Part shown: positions 47,401 to 60,309 of the stretch, piece by piece | How positions within the stretch are numbered: the first letter of the stretch is position 1 | How the letters are laid out: each line of letters opens with the position of its first letter | Assembly (NCBI GenBank): GCA_043228905.1 | Contig: JBHGNT010000062.1 | Coordinates: 62,001 to 126,000, forward strand | DNA from: Azolla caroliniana | Taxonomy: Eukaryota > Plantae > Polypodiophyta | Length of the DNA stretch: 64,000 nt | Direction: 5' to 3' | Translations under genes and position numbers: made by a program | The notes under the pieces: model-generated | Databases searched by the model: none | What the model was told of the DNA's origin: nothing | Seen by the model: only the letters and a program-made list of their open reading frames with translations

Positions 47401-48331
47401 AGTTGCTCGAGGATTCTCTCAAGTACGAGGTATTGATTTTCAAGATACATTTAGTCCAACGCTAAAAATATGTGGTTTTCGAATGCTCGTTTCTCTTGCC
47501 GCACAACATGATCTCGAATTGCATCATTTGGATGTACAAACGGCTTTTCTTCATGGAGATTTAGATGAAGAACTTTATCTACAACAACCACAATTTTTTG
47601 AAGATCCAAGTCATCCAACACATGTTTGTCGACTTCGTAAATCTATTTACGGTCTTAAACAATCTCCACGCATATGGTATCACAAACTACACTCTTTTCT
47701 CATAAAAGTTGGATATCATCGTCTAAACAATGAGCCAAATATCTATGTTAGAAAAGCCAAATCCAATTTTGTTATCATAGGTGTCTATGTTGATGATTTG
47801 CCTTTGATCTCTAACTCTAAATCTTATCTAGCTATTGCAAAGAAGGAACTTGCATATGTTTTTCCTATTACCGATTTAGGCCCTATGACCCATTTTCTAG
47901 GCATCAAAATAACTCAAGATAGAACAAATCATACTATCTCATTATCACAATCAAATTATGTTAATTCTATCCTCCAAAGATTTGATATGCTCCATAGTAA
48001 ACCTATTAGTACTCCTCTTACCTCTCCATGTAAACTTTCAAATGATGATTCTCCTAAAAATGAACGAGAAATTTCCGAAATGAAGGATGTACCCTATAAG
48101 CAAATCCTTGGATGTATAAGATATCTAGTAAGTTGCACACGTCCCGATATTTGCTTTGCCGCCAGTTTTCTTTCTCGTTTCATGGCTAATCCAGGACCAA
48201 AGCATTGGATCGCGCTCAAAAGATTACTTCGATACTTGAAGCATAGTCAACATTATGCGTTGACTTACTCCGCTACACAATCCGAGTCAACCACACTTGT
48301 GCAAGGATGGACAAACCCATATTCGCCATGA
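44414..48331 (+). CDS. Copia gag-pol polyprotein (gag, protease, integrase, RT), uninterrupted but lacking RNase H
   Basis: 1305-aa ORF: CKICKRTNHATKDC, WYLDTGATNH, HSDLCGP, QTDGGGEY, LDVQTAFLHG, YVDDL, TRPDI; ends before the RNase H DADW motif; no 3' LTR found. Confidence 0.95.
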   Translation: MAQSMSSSQLNMRKFTIEKLSDTNYRIWKARLELLFKYNKVWDIISGSSTKPEKGEELEEFEEKDLCARMEILMHVSDGTGETLRKMETAQEMWKHLQTIYEPKNDAQQAHTLQALVNYKMIDEQPVGDFLLMWQKKLDDVLTSGLEIHDKLQKILLLGALPHSWSTFRTTQNSINCPTLIDLLANIRQDETMRSQRSSNSTPSMAMVAYKNKRFTQRGESSKPWIKKDQNTKQGEMRFNNTYCKICKRTNHATKDCRAKSNFKSYQPWKRVQAHLVEEEMDDEKAMGGGHRNGDTYDDVLQAFIAESLSATIPNPSNANDMWYLDTGATNHLTNRKDWLSNYKEVEPPIIVRFGNNGTKQAIGKGNITFEVTGGRHFTINEVLYVPGITKHLLSVSQATANGTIIEFHPNHAIIKHKASNGELIRTCCKREGGLYPIKCIPTSLILEAHHTTPIQSSISLTNLHSPSSLWHFRLGHMHFNALKTLQCNNLVHGLPKEPFKPISLCESCIFGKMPQQPFPKHRSRATNPLALVHSDLCGPFPTPSLSGAKYFISFIDDFSRFTILHFLKYKSQAYQAFKEYKARVEVQTSSKIKSLQTDGGGEYVSHEFQSLYQNEGIHHRISTPHTPQQNCVSERKNRSLLNMARSMLQFAHLSPQFWEEAVGTACYIQNRGFHRSLGLQTPYELWHGHKPNLSNLRIFGCDAYAFVPNVQRNKLDPRATKSIFIGYGEASGYKAYKLFDPQKQRIFFSRSVIFQENGPSTKVSSSLSFNLPPLLPTPNYLQPYSSTISNTNSSHIEGANIGSSSTSTICVALPSIHKAKNNPTQPTNSSSHPPSFQTLDDSLPHTPLNTHYLTPTNNTNNVIFSTPSPNPSFQVSSPTSPPNSPPPKYRSLSSIYEQLDQMEAHFVDLDHEAYIQEEDIPTLGDDTNLSAKDALSGPDSIKWRKAMEEEMKALLKNGTWTLVEPPKDRQIIGSKWVLRIKRDSNGNPIRFKARVVARGFSQVRGIDFQDTFSPTLKICGFRMLVSLAAQHDLELHHLDVQTAFLHGDLDEELYLQQPQFFEDPSHPTHVCRLRKSIYGLKQSPRIWYHKLHSFLIKVGYHRLNNEPNIYVRKAKSNFVIIGVYVDDLPLISNSKSYLAIAKKELAYVFPITDLGPMTHFLGIKITQDRTNHTISLSQSNYVNSILQRFDMLHSKPISTPLTSPCKLSNDDSPKNEREISEMKDVPYKQILGCIRYLVSCTRPDICFAASFLSRFMANPGPKHWIALKRLLRYLKHSQHYALTYSATQSESTTLVQGWTNPYSP

Positions 48332-50853
48332 TAAATTGATGGTTGGACGTCCATGCTACTAGAAAATATTTGATAGAAGATTAACTAGTGATCATTATAT
48401 GTATGGGAATGAGAAATTAGAAATGAGATGCAACTGAATATGAAACATAACGAATCTATTTTTTGACAATTATAAATAGTGCTTTAAAAAAAGTTTAGTT
48501 ATTCCTTGGAATCAATGTCTATTAAACGTGCCCGTTGCATTTCGACTTATAGGTTGCATATGGTTAACACACACTTAGCACATGGGCATTAATTTAATAA
48601 TGAGAACTTCCAACTCTACATTGAATTATATGTTCACAAAAAATATCATTTTGAAAGGTACTAGACCTCATCCTATAATTTTTAAATGGTTTATTAGCGT
48701 CTATTTTAAAATTCAAATATTTGTATGAATAATGAAACTTTTAGCATCTCTCACTTTTACATCATGAAATAATGCCAATGTCACAAACTCAACAATATTT
48801 GTGTTCTCTACATCATATTATTGATTGCTCGAGGACCATGTATGGAACATTCAAATGGAAATATGTCTTTTTCTAACTACATCTTATATTATTTGCTTAC
48901 TAAGGGGTGAGATTGAAAGCCCATAGCTAGTCAACACATGTATGTTTTGTATGTAGGCACACTTTTGTGCGCCCATAACTATCTTCATGAGTATCGACTC
49001 CCAACTTTTATCAAGGTTGAGCATGATATGTGTGATCCAAGCACACACAATACAAAGATTCATATTATTAATATATATGGCCATATTAATGTTGAGATCT
49101 ATAATCTCCAACTTAAAACATGTGACTAGTATATGTCATGTACCTTGATCTTACACTTGAACTGTGAAGAACTTTAATTAAATTGCAAAACCATGATCTT
49201 AAACAAAACAAAAAGGGAAAATCATTTTTATGGCGTGGCCTCTTGATAAATTTATCTTTTCCTTAGCAATAGAAAGCAAAAAGAGTCAGAGTTTAACTCA
49301 AATGAAGTGAAAAAATTCATTTGTAGGTAGAGGAGATGGGGAATGTAATGCCCTTACATGGGGTGGGGCATGATAATAATGAGAAAAATAGCATAGATCA
49401 GCAATATATTGATGCTCACTTATAAGTTATAAGTTATGAGATGGTGAAGTATGCCTACACCCTTGGATCTACATCTTCTCTCCTCTTTTCCATCTAGTAG
49501 TGCTTCTCATCATTCTCTTTCTAATTTCTTCTCTTAGCAATGTGGAACTATTTAAATACTATCCAAATACATCCCCTTTTTCATGGTTAAGGAGAAGACC
49601 CATTGATCTTGAAGGCTACACTTAGGTTTTTCTTTTTTCTTATATGATAATAATGTTGCAATACAAATAAAATTCTTTACAATTCTAGTTTGCAGATTTC
49701 ATGGTGTGTAACATTATATACTAAGTCTAACTCACTTATATAAGTTGGGAATATACCCTTATATGCCAATAAAATGAATCTTTATATTGTGTGTGTGTGT
49801 GTGTGTGTTTGTTTCGATGACATACAGTCTTGACAATTAGAAATCAATACTAATTAAGATAGTGGTAGGGTCAAAAACATGTGTATACACAAAGACATAC
49901 ACACGCCACCGAGCCCATTATCTCAAATAGCCTTAGTTATTCTGATGTGGAGCCATATGCACTCCTTGTGCAATCAATATGATGGACCAACATGAATGTA
50001 ATAAGAAGCCCTAGATAGACTTACTAGCATGTGGGCCATAATTGTTGTTTCTGCAAGTATTATTCAATGGGTCCATTGCCCGATATCCAATAGGAAACAC
50101 AAATATATTGTTTGAGTTTGTAGTGGTGTATAGAAAAGATTATTACGATTGTTTAATAATCTAAAACCCTTAAGATGTTAATAACATTATTTTAAGAACA
50201 TTGAATGAGCTTTTTATTTTGAAACGTGGATGTTGCTTTTCTAACATACATGCTAACTAGCTTTTGTTGAGTGTAGAGTTTGAAGTTTTCATTATTAAAT
50301 TGATGCTTCTACGCTAAGTGGTGTCTGAAGCAGTTGGGCCTACAACGGTACCTGTAGATTTCATATACGTACCATACGTGCATTTTGCATTCGAGAATGG
50401 TAAACACCCTCGAAGTATGGTAAATACTAAATACCATACTTTTGTATTCATTATTATTATAATTTATAAGGTAAAAAATGTAATAAAAAAAACATAAGAA
50501 TGTTTTGATAACATGCGCATTCGTTTGCTTTTGTATGAAAAAGAATGTTTGCCAATGCATTCGAGTATATTACGTACTATGGATTTATGAGAAAGAATAA
50601 CTTTAATTACTGTTGTCTAGCACCACTAACCATTGTTATACAAATAGATTCCTTTGATTTGATACATTTGCGTCTCATTCTAAATCTATGATATCTCTAA
50701 TTAATTCATGCATCAAATAGTTTCTAGCAAACATGAACATTGAACCATCATGCCATTATGTCAACACATGATAGTGTTGAATTGTTGAAAAAATTGCTGC
50801 ATTGAAAATAACCGTGAGAAAATTTAAATAATATTTATATACATACATATATG

Positions 50854-50886
<33 letters not shown>

Positions 50887-51464
50887 ATTTGAAGATACTT
50901 TAATCGTAATTGTAATAATGAGTAAACACTTAACATGATAGCGTTTCTTAAAGATGGTTACAAAGTTACAACACACCATGTATTATTATTCTTTACACCT
51001 CTCCTTGAGAATAAATATACGCATAACCTCCATTACTGTGTCCAAACACCTCAAGTGTGTGTACTACGAAAAGCGTTATGCATTGAATAACAAACTATTG
51101 TTGATGTGGAGCAGCAAGGGGAATGGTTGTACAACCTCGGGCAATCCTTGAAGACCAAATTAATGGAATGTTGAAATGAGGAGAGCCAACTCATTGGCGA
51201 ACTCTCACAATTCTTGGAATTCTCGAGATGCTCAAGAGATGACAACCACTCCATGTGAAGGTGGTTTCTCTATGAAGGTGAAAAGTTTCACAATTAGGGA
51301 TGAACACCATCTAGACCATGGTGGACGAATCATCTAACGTGTGATGCACATTGAATGGTTTCTTTGAGTGAATAGTCAAAGTTCGTAGACTATGATTACG
51401 AGTAATTTGCATCACTAGAAAATAAGCTAGAGGGCCTAAATTTATAATTGATAATGTTTTAGGA

Positions 51465-54120
51465 AGCTCTATCTTTGATTCCGTAATTTGTGATGGTGTT
51501 CTAACAGGATTTTGTCGTCCACATATAATGTTACCAATAATAGGCTATTATATGTACGATTATGTCTACTGTATATATTTGGTTCAAATAACAATCTAGA
51601 GTAATCTTGTGAGAGGAATTCAAGGAAATTGTTTAAGTCTAGAGGCATTGATGGAGCCAACAAACATAGTTTGGTTGAGAACTTGAATCAAATCTAAGAG
51701 AGTGTGACATGTAGATTTCTTCTAATAGAAATGTTGTTTGTACATCCAAATAATGTACCTCAAGTCGAAGAATGGTGTCTAGAACCATAAAAAATTCAGA
51801 ATGATGCTATACTGAGAATGGGTGAAAATGTCTCATAATAGTCAAGTCCTCCGACTTGAGAAACACCACAAGCCATTAGCCGAGCATTATACCATACTAT
51901 TGTACCATTAGGGTTACATAGTTTTCTCTTCAACACCCATTTGCATGAGATAGGGAAGCAACTTATAAGGAGTAGTACTATAATCCATTTTTGTTGACAA
52001 AGGGAGAGTTTCAAGTTCTTTTTCCTTAATGGCTTTCCTTTCCACATTGTATTGCCACATTGATAGTTAATGAATCATCAAGAATGTTTTATGTGAGTGA
52101 GGGGGAGCTAATTGCAAAGAAAGTGAACTATAAGAGCCTCTAATTCCTTAGTGCTAAAATGTGAAAATTATTGGTATGTTCCATGCATTGTCCATTAGTG
52201 GGGAAAAGATGCATTTGTACACCCTAGTAATTTGATTATTTTGGTATCCTTTGTTACTGATGTCATTATCTATTCCATAAACTCGTGAGGATCTTCTTAA
52301 TGATATAAAGGAGCTTTTGCGAGAATGGAAACATGAATAATCATGGTGAGTTAGGTGTATTGTGCCCAACGGTTTGTCATTATGAATGTTTTTTATTCCA
52401 ACAAAATGGTGTATATTATGTCTAAAGTGATTTAAATGATACAACGATGGATACTTCCAAATATTCTTAACAACTTCATCACAGATTTTTACTTTTTTCA
52501 ACTGCGCTTAGGTTTCCAAAGACATTCATTAGTGCACCACATTTTGCATACATATCTACCAAAGCATTGGTAAGTACAATACAACATGTTTTTATAGCAA
52601 TCCAGGCTTGTCAATGATCTCCTCATGAACTTCCTTTCACTTGTCATTATGAATGTTTAGATGATGATTAGATATCTTTCTAGTTTGGCTAAGATTAAAA
52701 TTATTTGTAAGTGGAGCATATGGCTCTCCTGGTTATGATTGTTTGTTTATTAGAGATGAGTCATTAGTTAAAGGGGAAATATGTCGCTTGGGCAACTTCA
52801 CTTCTTCTAGTGATGTGAATATTGACATGAGATGATTAATGAGCGTTTTGTCAATTATGACTTGGATTTTTTAGAAAGTTAGGGGAGACTATTAAAAAGT
52901 ACTAGTTGATGATATTGTTTCATTTTATTCAATATTGTTGGATTTGATGTTTGAGGGGTTTGGTATGGTAGTTGTAGCTTGGGCCTTTTCATGTATGAGA
53001 TATTAGGCTATCTTCATTGCACATCGATGATTGACTAATTAGAAATCGTTTCACATTTGGGTCAATGTAAAACTGATAACCCTTGTAGCCATGAGGTTTT
53101 CCATACCCAACAAATATGGTGCAATTCAAGTGATTATCTAATTTAGATAGTGTATCTAAGGGTATGAGTGCATAGCTAGACTACGGTAACCAAACACTTT
53201 TTTATTTTCATAATATGGACTTTGTCTAAACCATAAATGAAATGGAATTGTCCGAATGGATATGCTATATGTCCTATTCAAAATATTCCCAATATGTTTT
53301 GGGAAGATTTGCAATGGATAACAAACAACAGGTAGCATCCATATACGTAAATCAGTTTCATCATTCAACCCTTGAGTTTTGTTGAGGGGTTTAAGGGATT
53401 ACAAATCTTTATTGAATCCTTATGCAACAAGCAATTGATACAACCTCTTTCCAATATGTTCAGGAAAACTTTGCAATTGATAGCATACAACAAGTGGCAT
53501 CCATATACATCAATTGGTTTCATTGATCATCCCTTGAGTTTTGTGGAGGGGTATAAGGATTGCAAATCTTTGTTGAGTCCCATAACTTTAACAAGTCTTA
53601 GAGTTTTGGAAATTAAATTCTTCCCCATTATTTGATTGAAGTGTTTCAAGGGACAATTCTTGTTGGGTTATTACAAGTTTATGATAGGCCTTGAGTTTTT
53701 CAGGATCACTTGATGACAAGATTCTATATTTAGGAAAGTGGACATTGTGAAAGAGTAAATTCATCGATAAATGCTAAGAAATATACATTTCTAGATAAGG
53801 ACGAAGTTAATAAGGGGCCACATACATTGTTTGGCCATGTGAACCATTGTTTGATGGTCCAAGAGACCTAATTGATGGTGCCATAATAGGGTGTCATAGT
53901 TGGATATGTCTAATAGTCTATGTCGTATGCTTCTTGAGCAAGTGCCACAAAGCAACCTAATAAGTAAAGACATCCTTGGCTTGGACAGTTAACCACATAA
54001 CTTCAACTAGAGAGTGTCTTATAGCGGATCGCGCAAGTATAAAAAAACATAGGGCCACCCTTATTTTAAGCTCTTGGAACTATGTCCACAACTTTCTTGT
54101 TCATGCATATAGTTATAGTA
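51465..54120 (-). mobile_element. Highly degenerate Copia remnant (GAG-pre-integrase to RT) with a PPR fragment at about 52470-52650
   Basis: LWHHQLGLL, CKWVLKRK, YNARLMACGVSQVGGLDYYETFSPI, LYVDD; TNALVDMYAKCGAL on the minus strand. Confidence 0.75.
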
Positions 54121-54379
54121 CCACACAATTATGTTTTTACAATATAATGATTATGCATTGCAATTCAAATTATTCCACTCATTAAATGGGTTAAGCAAGT
54201 CGTACATTTATGAATATCTTATAGTACCACACAACTATAGTTATGCATGAAATGGGTTCACACATACAGTTATAGTACCACACAACTATGTTTTTACAAT
54301 ATAATGATTATGCATTGCAATTCAAATTATTCCACTCATGAAATGGGTTAAGCAAGTCGTACATTTATGAATATCTTAT
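54108..54379. repeat. About 113-bp direct repeat, 2 copies (period about 158)
   Basis: agttatagtaccacacaa.tatgtttttacaatataatg...atgaatatcttat occurs twice. Confidence 0.85.
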
Positions 54380-55254
54380 GGGATTGATGTCATGTGGGCC
54401 GTGATAAGAATATAATAACACTTCGAGTCGAGTCTATAATTACTACGGCATAAGCTATGCCGAACATCATGTCATATAACATTATCATGACTCAATGTTG
54501 CAGTTACTAGTGGGATGAATGTGAAGGATCATGATAAATGACGCTCAACTTACATGGGCAGATCTTTATAACTAACCACTCTCATTCATTACACATGCAC
54601 TACCCACACTCTAAGTTCGATCGTTCGTAGCTAGAGAATGGCGAGCCAAAACTAATTATTAATGTGTGATAAGTTTGGGGGCAAGAAACTACTCGTGAAA
54701 TAACAACTTCTTGGTTGGAAGAAGCAAAATTAACACGAAGGGAAGGGAAGCGTGCAAGGGTCGACCCGACTAGCGCGCGGCACACGGACGAATTTATATA
54801 TTTTGTTGAATCTATTTTTCGCCCTTAGCATTGTCTTTATGCGGACATGAGAGGCCCTTTGCAAATCACTAAGTATCGTCCAAGATAAAAGCAGCCCATG
54901 CGGTACGCAGTTGACTTAACACATAAGTACAACCCATGCAGTACCAGTGTTGTACTACTACCTAGTGGGTAGCTGTTCTCTAGAGTCAACCCAACCGTAT
55001 CATGCAAGTATATGTATATATATAACACACTCCACTTTTGTCCTTAACAGGATCTGTGTGGTTTAAGGCTTGTCTGCTCGAGCATCATTACCCTCCTCAT
55101 TCTTCTCCCTAATGATCAACAACATTGTCGTACATAGAATCAACTGAGTTTCGCGCATCTTTCGGCAGTTAACTTCTCGATTAATTCGCGATGAGTATGT
55201 TGGAGAAGTAGCAGTTGTTGTTGTTGTTGTTGTTGTTGTTTGTGCTTCCTATGG

Positions 55255-58200
55255 ATGGATTTTGGCCTCCTTGCCGTGTGGCTGCAGAGTTTTATATCCT
55301 GTGGCATTAACGCAAGGATTGATGCAGGTAAGGAGGCTGCGGCGGTCGTCCATGGCCGAGATGAGGATGATGAGAGATTGATGGGGGCAATTCGGCGGGC
55401 GAAGGTGGCAAAAGCGGTCACGGAAGCGGTAATCATGGCCGCGTGCGTGTTTTGGGTATTATGGTGGTTTGTCGCGCCCGATCCAGAAGGAGACAAGAAA
55501 TACGTGGAGTCGTGGATCGGCGACAAATCCCACTCTCGCTTCTTTCGGACAGATGGTCGTGAAGGTAACTAAGCCCCTCATTATCAATCTCTGCCAGACA
55601 AATCTCTACAGTACACCTCCTACAAGTAATATAATATAATTAGTGATCGCATAATGCATATGTGTATGCATATATATGGTTTGTCAACTGATCAGCTCCC
55701 TCCTACTTAAAACTGATATATTTATGGCATCCATCCATTAGGTTCGACATTCATATACCAAACCATGCCTTTCTTCGTCGTCACCATTCTGAGCTTCGTC
55801 GTGATCCGGCTCCGCGCATTCATCAAAGCAAAGACTGCACAGCTCCGTGTTGTGGTGCCCGCGGGTGCAAAGGGCTGGAAAAACCAATGGCAGATGAGTA
55901 CGTACCCGGTGTGGGTGGACAAGAGCCCCTTCGGCATCCTCACGGCCTCGGAGCTTGTCGGAATTCTGGCCATAACTTTGTTGATGATCTACCACTTCAG
56001 CAGAATCGTCAACATTGCTTTCACCCGCATCGACAACAACACCCAGCACCACCACGGCTCCGGCCCGCCCCCCGCCAAGTACGTCCTACTACAATCATGA
56101 CATAACCATATCTCTCTCTCTCTCTCTCTCAAACAGACAGACAGACAGACACACACACACACATTCATGCTTTGAACACCATCTCCAAGCTCACATTGTT
56201 TGTTAAATTCCCAGTCACATATACGAGGAGGCCTTCGTGAGCTCGAACAGATGTGACAAGAGTGTACATAATAAGCACTCATGTTTTCCATTGATATTGC
56301 AGGCCATGGCAGAAATTGAATAATGTATCCTTCTACTTCGGACGCGTGGCCGTCGTGCCATTCTCGTTGCTCTGGATCCCTGTGTCGCGCGGCTCGCCGT
56401 TGCTTCGGCTGGTAGGCATCCCATTCGAGCGCGCCGTGCGCTACCACATCTGGCTCGCCGTCTCCATGCTTGTTCTCGTCAGCCTCCATAGCCTCGGCTA
56501 CATCATTCTCTATGCCAACACCAACCGTACGGATTTGGTAGGTTCAAATCATGCAGTATTCCGCGCTCACTGTCTCGCCCAATATTACCGTAATGTTACA
56601 AGGCTTAACGCCGATGATGTCGCAAGGGCCAACCTATGCTAGGGCTCATGTGGTTTCTCCATCATGATGCATTCATTGTACTTGAGTGTGTTTGATCATA
56701 TCATGATAGGGACATAATTAGTTTTTTGCTTCTTGTTGTTAGATCTTTGGGTGGGTCACGAAGCAAGAAAAATGTGCGGTAGTGGCCGGGCTGGTGGCAT
56801 GGGTGTTCGGTCTAGTCATGTGGGCCACTTCCCTGTCCTTCGTCCGTCGCCGCTTCTACGACATATTCTTCTCGGTCCACCACCTGTATCTCCTCTTCTC
56901 CCTCTTTTGGCTGTATCACGCGGTCTGGAATTATCATTTCTTCATCGTCCCTCTCATGCTCTTCTTCATCGATCGCTTCCTTCGCATGATCCAATCGTCC
57001 AGTGTTGTCCGCGTATCCTCGGCCAAGCTCCTCCAGAATGGCGCAGTCGAGCTCTTGCTGCCTCTTAACACCAATGCCACCAAAGGTAACATAAATGGAT
57101 TCTCTTTCATGTATGTGTGCTTGTTCGGATCCACATATTAATTAATATTCCAGAATCTCTCTGACTAAATTCAGTCAGTGAGCTCTTCTAACCTTTACTA
57201 ATAACAGGCAATAATGTGATCATTACTTATGTCAGGGAGCCCACTCTATAATGCACTCTCCACATGGTGCATCCAGATTCCTGGTATCTCCAAACTACAG
57301 TGGCACTTCTTCAGTGGCGCATCGTCCCCTCTCGATAACACGCAGGAGCTCTCCATCGTAATCAAGCCTCTCGGCGAATGGACGAATAGTTTGCGCGATC
57401 AATTCTCAAGTGCCAAGAAAACTGGGGGTTCCTGCCCTTTCTCGTTTAAGGCTAGAGTCGAAGGTCCTTACGGCGATGAGTCCGATTTCTACCTAAAGTA
57501 TGGGGATCTCTCTAATTATTTGTCGTAATTCCTGGTCTCGATTCAGTTCCCAAAGCTCATGTCTGTCGTTCCTCATTGATATAATTAGCCTTCACATTAA
57601 CGAGTTGCTTCCATTAATTAATGTAATGTACATGATTAATATTTCGCAGGTATAAAGCCCTAGTCATCGTGGCCGGGGGCATAGGCCTCACCCCTGCCCT
57701 CGCTATAATCCGTGATATCTTGTATCGATACAAAGACGTTAGATCCTCACCGGCATCGACTACTCTTCCGACCTCCATCACACTCTACCACTGCATAAGA
57801 AAGCCAGAGGAGTTATGTGTGCTAAACACCCTATATCCTAACCAAATTCTCCCTGGCTATGAGACATTAGGACTGCGCATCCGAGTACATGTATACATAA
57901 CCTCGAAGAACATACAAGATTATGAGGGAGTGCCATTATCCGGTGGCAACACGGCCCATAATTCATATAGAATAGGCCAATCCTTGGACCTATCCAAGTT
58001 TAACCGTGAACACCCTACATCACAACCATTGATATTTGATTCCTCTTATCCGGCGGCACAACACCCACAATCCGATGGAAGAATCTCGAGCATTGGCAGC
58101 ACAGGGAGCACCTCATGGGTAGCATTAACCACCATTGCATCCTTTGCAGGATACTTTGTGCTTTCAGGCTTGGCAAACACTTTTATTGTGAGGTCCTATG

Positions 58201-59246
58201 CCCATCACACCTTCACCAATTACAATCGCGCGCATGTCGTGGTGGCGTGCATGATCTTGGGGATTCTCATTTGTGGCGGCCTCGTGGTTCTGCTATGGTT
58301 CCATATGTTGCGACGACAATCGAGTATAAGCTCGGCATCGGTGCAGCCGAGGACACAGAGTCCGACTTCTTCTCCATCCGGAAGTAACGAAGATTTGGGA
58401 GCAACTTACAACGGAATCGAAGATGGCGCATCTCAGTGGGATGGGGATGTGCACATTTTGTCACGGCCAAACTGGAAAGGTAGGTTGGCATCATAGGGTC
58501 CACATCTAACCCTAAACCCTAAACCCTAAACTTTTTATTAGGGCAAAAAAGTTTTAAAGGTTAAAAACGTTAAAGAAAAAACATAAGCATTCGTTACGCC
58601 AAGAAAGTTAAGTATGTTTTCATAACATAAGCATTTGTGAATATATGTGGTATCTTCTTTAACCTGGTAAGAGTAGTACTACTACATATACAAGTTTGTG
58701 AATATATGAGTACAGGTAGATTACCCCAATTCTGAAATTTTAATCCCTTCTATTCAAGCTGCAGTCACTATATACGAATATATAGTACTATTTGTGCAGA
58801 ATTTTCTAGCTCAATGATCTCATCCTCTGGCTGAATAAAGCACTAGTTAATTCAAATATCATGCAATAGCTATTTGAAACCATCTACTCAGGAATGTGCT
58901 ATGTATGCTATACTTTAGTGGACTTGGGATTATATATGGCACTGAATTGATGCATGAATGAATTGCCCCTGAGAATGAAGCATGTCAAGCAATGAATGTG
59001 TAGTTCTTCTAAATTTGATGGTCCAAAATATTGGCAGATGTCTTCGAGGGCTTGGTGGAGCAACACCGTGGGGAATGTGTGGGAGTTCTGGTGTCGGGAT
59101 CGGAGAGCATGCAAGAGGACATTGCCAGGGAATGCAAGAGATGCTCGCCTTTCCGCCCCTTCTATGCTGCCCCGGACACATCCAAATCTTCGGAAGGCAG
59201 CAGGGGGGCCCTCCTGCACTTCCACTCTGTGAGCTTCAGCCTGTAG
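55255..59246 (+). CDS. FRO: Ferric-chelate reductase / ferric reduction oxidase, copy 2; exons 55255-55564, 55742-56078, 56303-56537, 56743-57085, 57236-57497, 57650-58479, 59038-59246 (841 aa)
   Basis: All six introns are GT-AG and phase-compatible (2526 nt in total); four haem-ligand His retained (YHIWL...LHS; VHHLY...YHA); GPYG and AGGIG NADPH motifs; the start ATG is the first in-frame ATG and is not independently confirmed. Confidence 0.94.
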
Positions 59247-59362
59247 TCAGATTTAGTCCTCTCCACCATCACCATTATTATGAATATTGTCTGTGTTTCT
59301 TGCACTATATACTGTTGAGCCGCCATTTCGTTGGCTGTTATGAATGAAGAATAATGATGGAT

Positions 59363-59364
<2 letters not shown>

Positions 59365-59404
<40 letters not shown>

Positions 59405-59412
59405 ATAATACA
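59365..59412. repeat. (AGT)n microsatellite downstream of FRO; three units longer in the left-arm copy (about 36105-36160)
   Basis: Visible repeat; explains the 9-bp shift in mirror coordinate sums (95523 vs 95514). Confidence 0.9.
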
Positions 59413-60309
59413 TAATACATGTATGTATGTATGTATATGGTCAGGATCAATAAGTTGCACTGTCCATATTGCATTAATAATAGCCTTGATTTACCCCTTC
59501 CCACAGATCATTAAAAGTATCGGAACAATGGTTTTCCCACTGTATTTTATACATACCATCATTACTAATTAAGAAAACTCTCGCGTTGTGTACATTTTAA
59601 GCCTGTGTCGTGAGCTATTAAGTTGTGTCAGTTTTCTTTTTTCTTTTTTCTTTTTGTGTTGGAACCATGTAAAGCCTACAGAAATGGGCTGCAGTGCTAT
59701 GTAGCAAAATTATAAAAGAAACAAGATTTGCGAAATAAGAGTGTTATGAAAGGTTGTCCCTGCTTGTGGGTGAGTCAGCCGAAAAGTCGACTCGAGAGTC
59801 GGCCGGTCGAAATCGGTTGAGAAGTCGAAATGAGTTGGCTGACCAAAATTGTCCGAAAAGCCGAAACGAGAGTTGGTTGGCCAAATTCGGTAAGAAAGCC
59901 GAAATGAAATGGGATTCGGTCAAATAGAAGTTCGAACGAACATATACACATATATATATGTATTCATATATATGTATGTGAGATGAGTTAGTATATATAG
60001 TGAGTCGAACTAGTTGCATTTGTATGTTGGATAACTCATTGAGAATAAAAACAGTGAGTAAAATCGTGAAAGTGAAGTTATGTGTCTAAGTGAACGCGGG
60101 AAGGTATAATAGAAGGTGTTGCAAGAGTAGAGCGATATAGAGAACGACAGAGAGCTAACATAGTAGTGGTTATGCGAGTGCCATAGCTCAGAAGCCGAGC
60201 GTGAGAAGAAACAAAGGAAGAAGAGTGTAGTAGAAAGAAAAGAAAAGACAAATCTAGAAGTTGTGTAGGCTTCGAAAGAGATAGATACCTACGAGTTAGG
60301 GTTTGGTGC

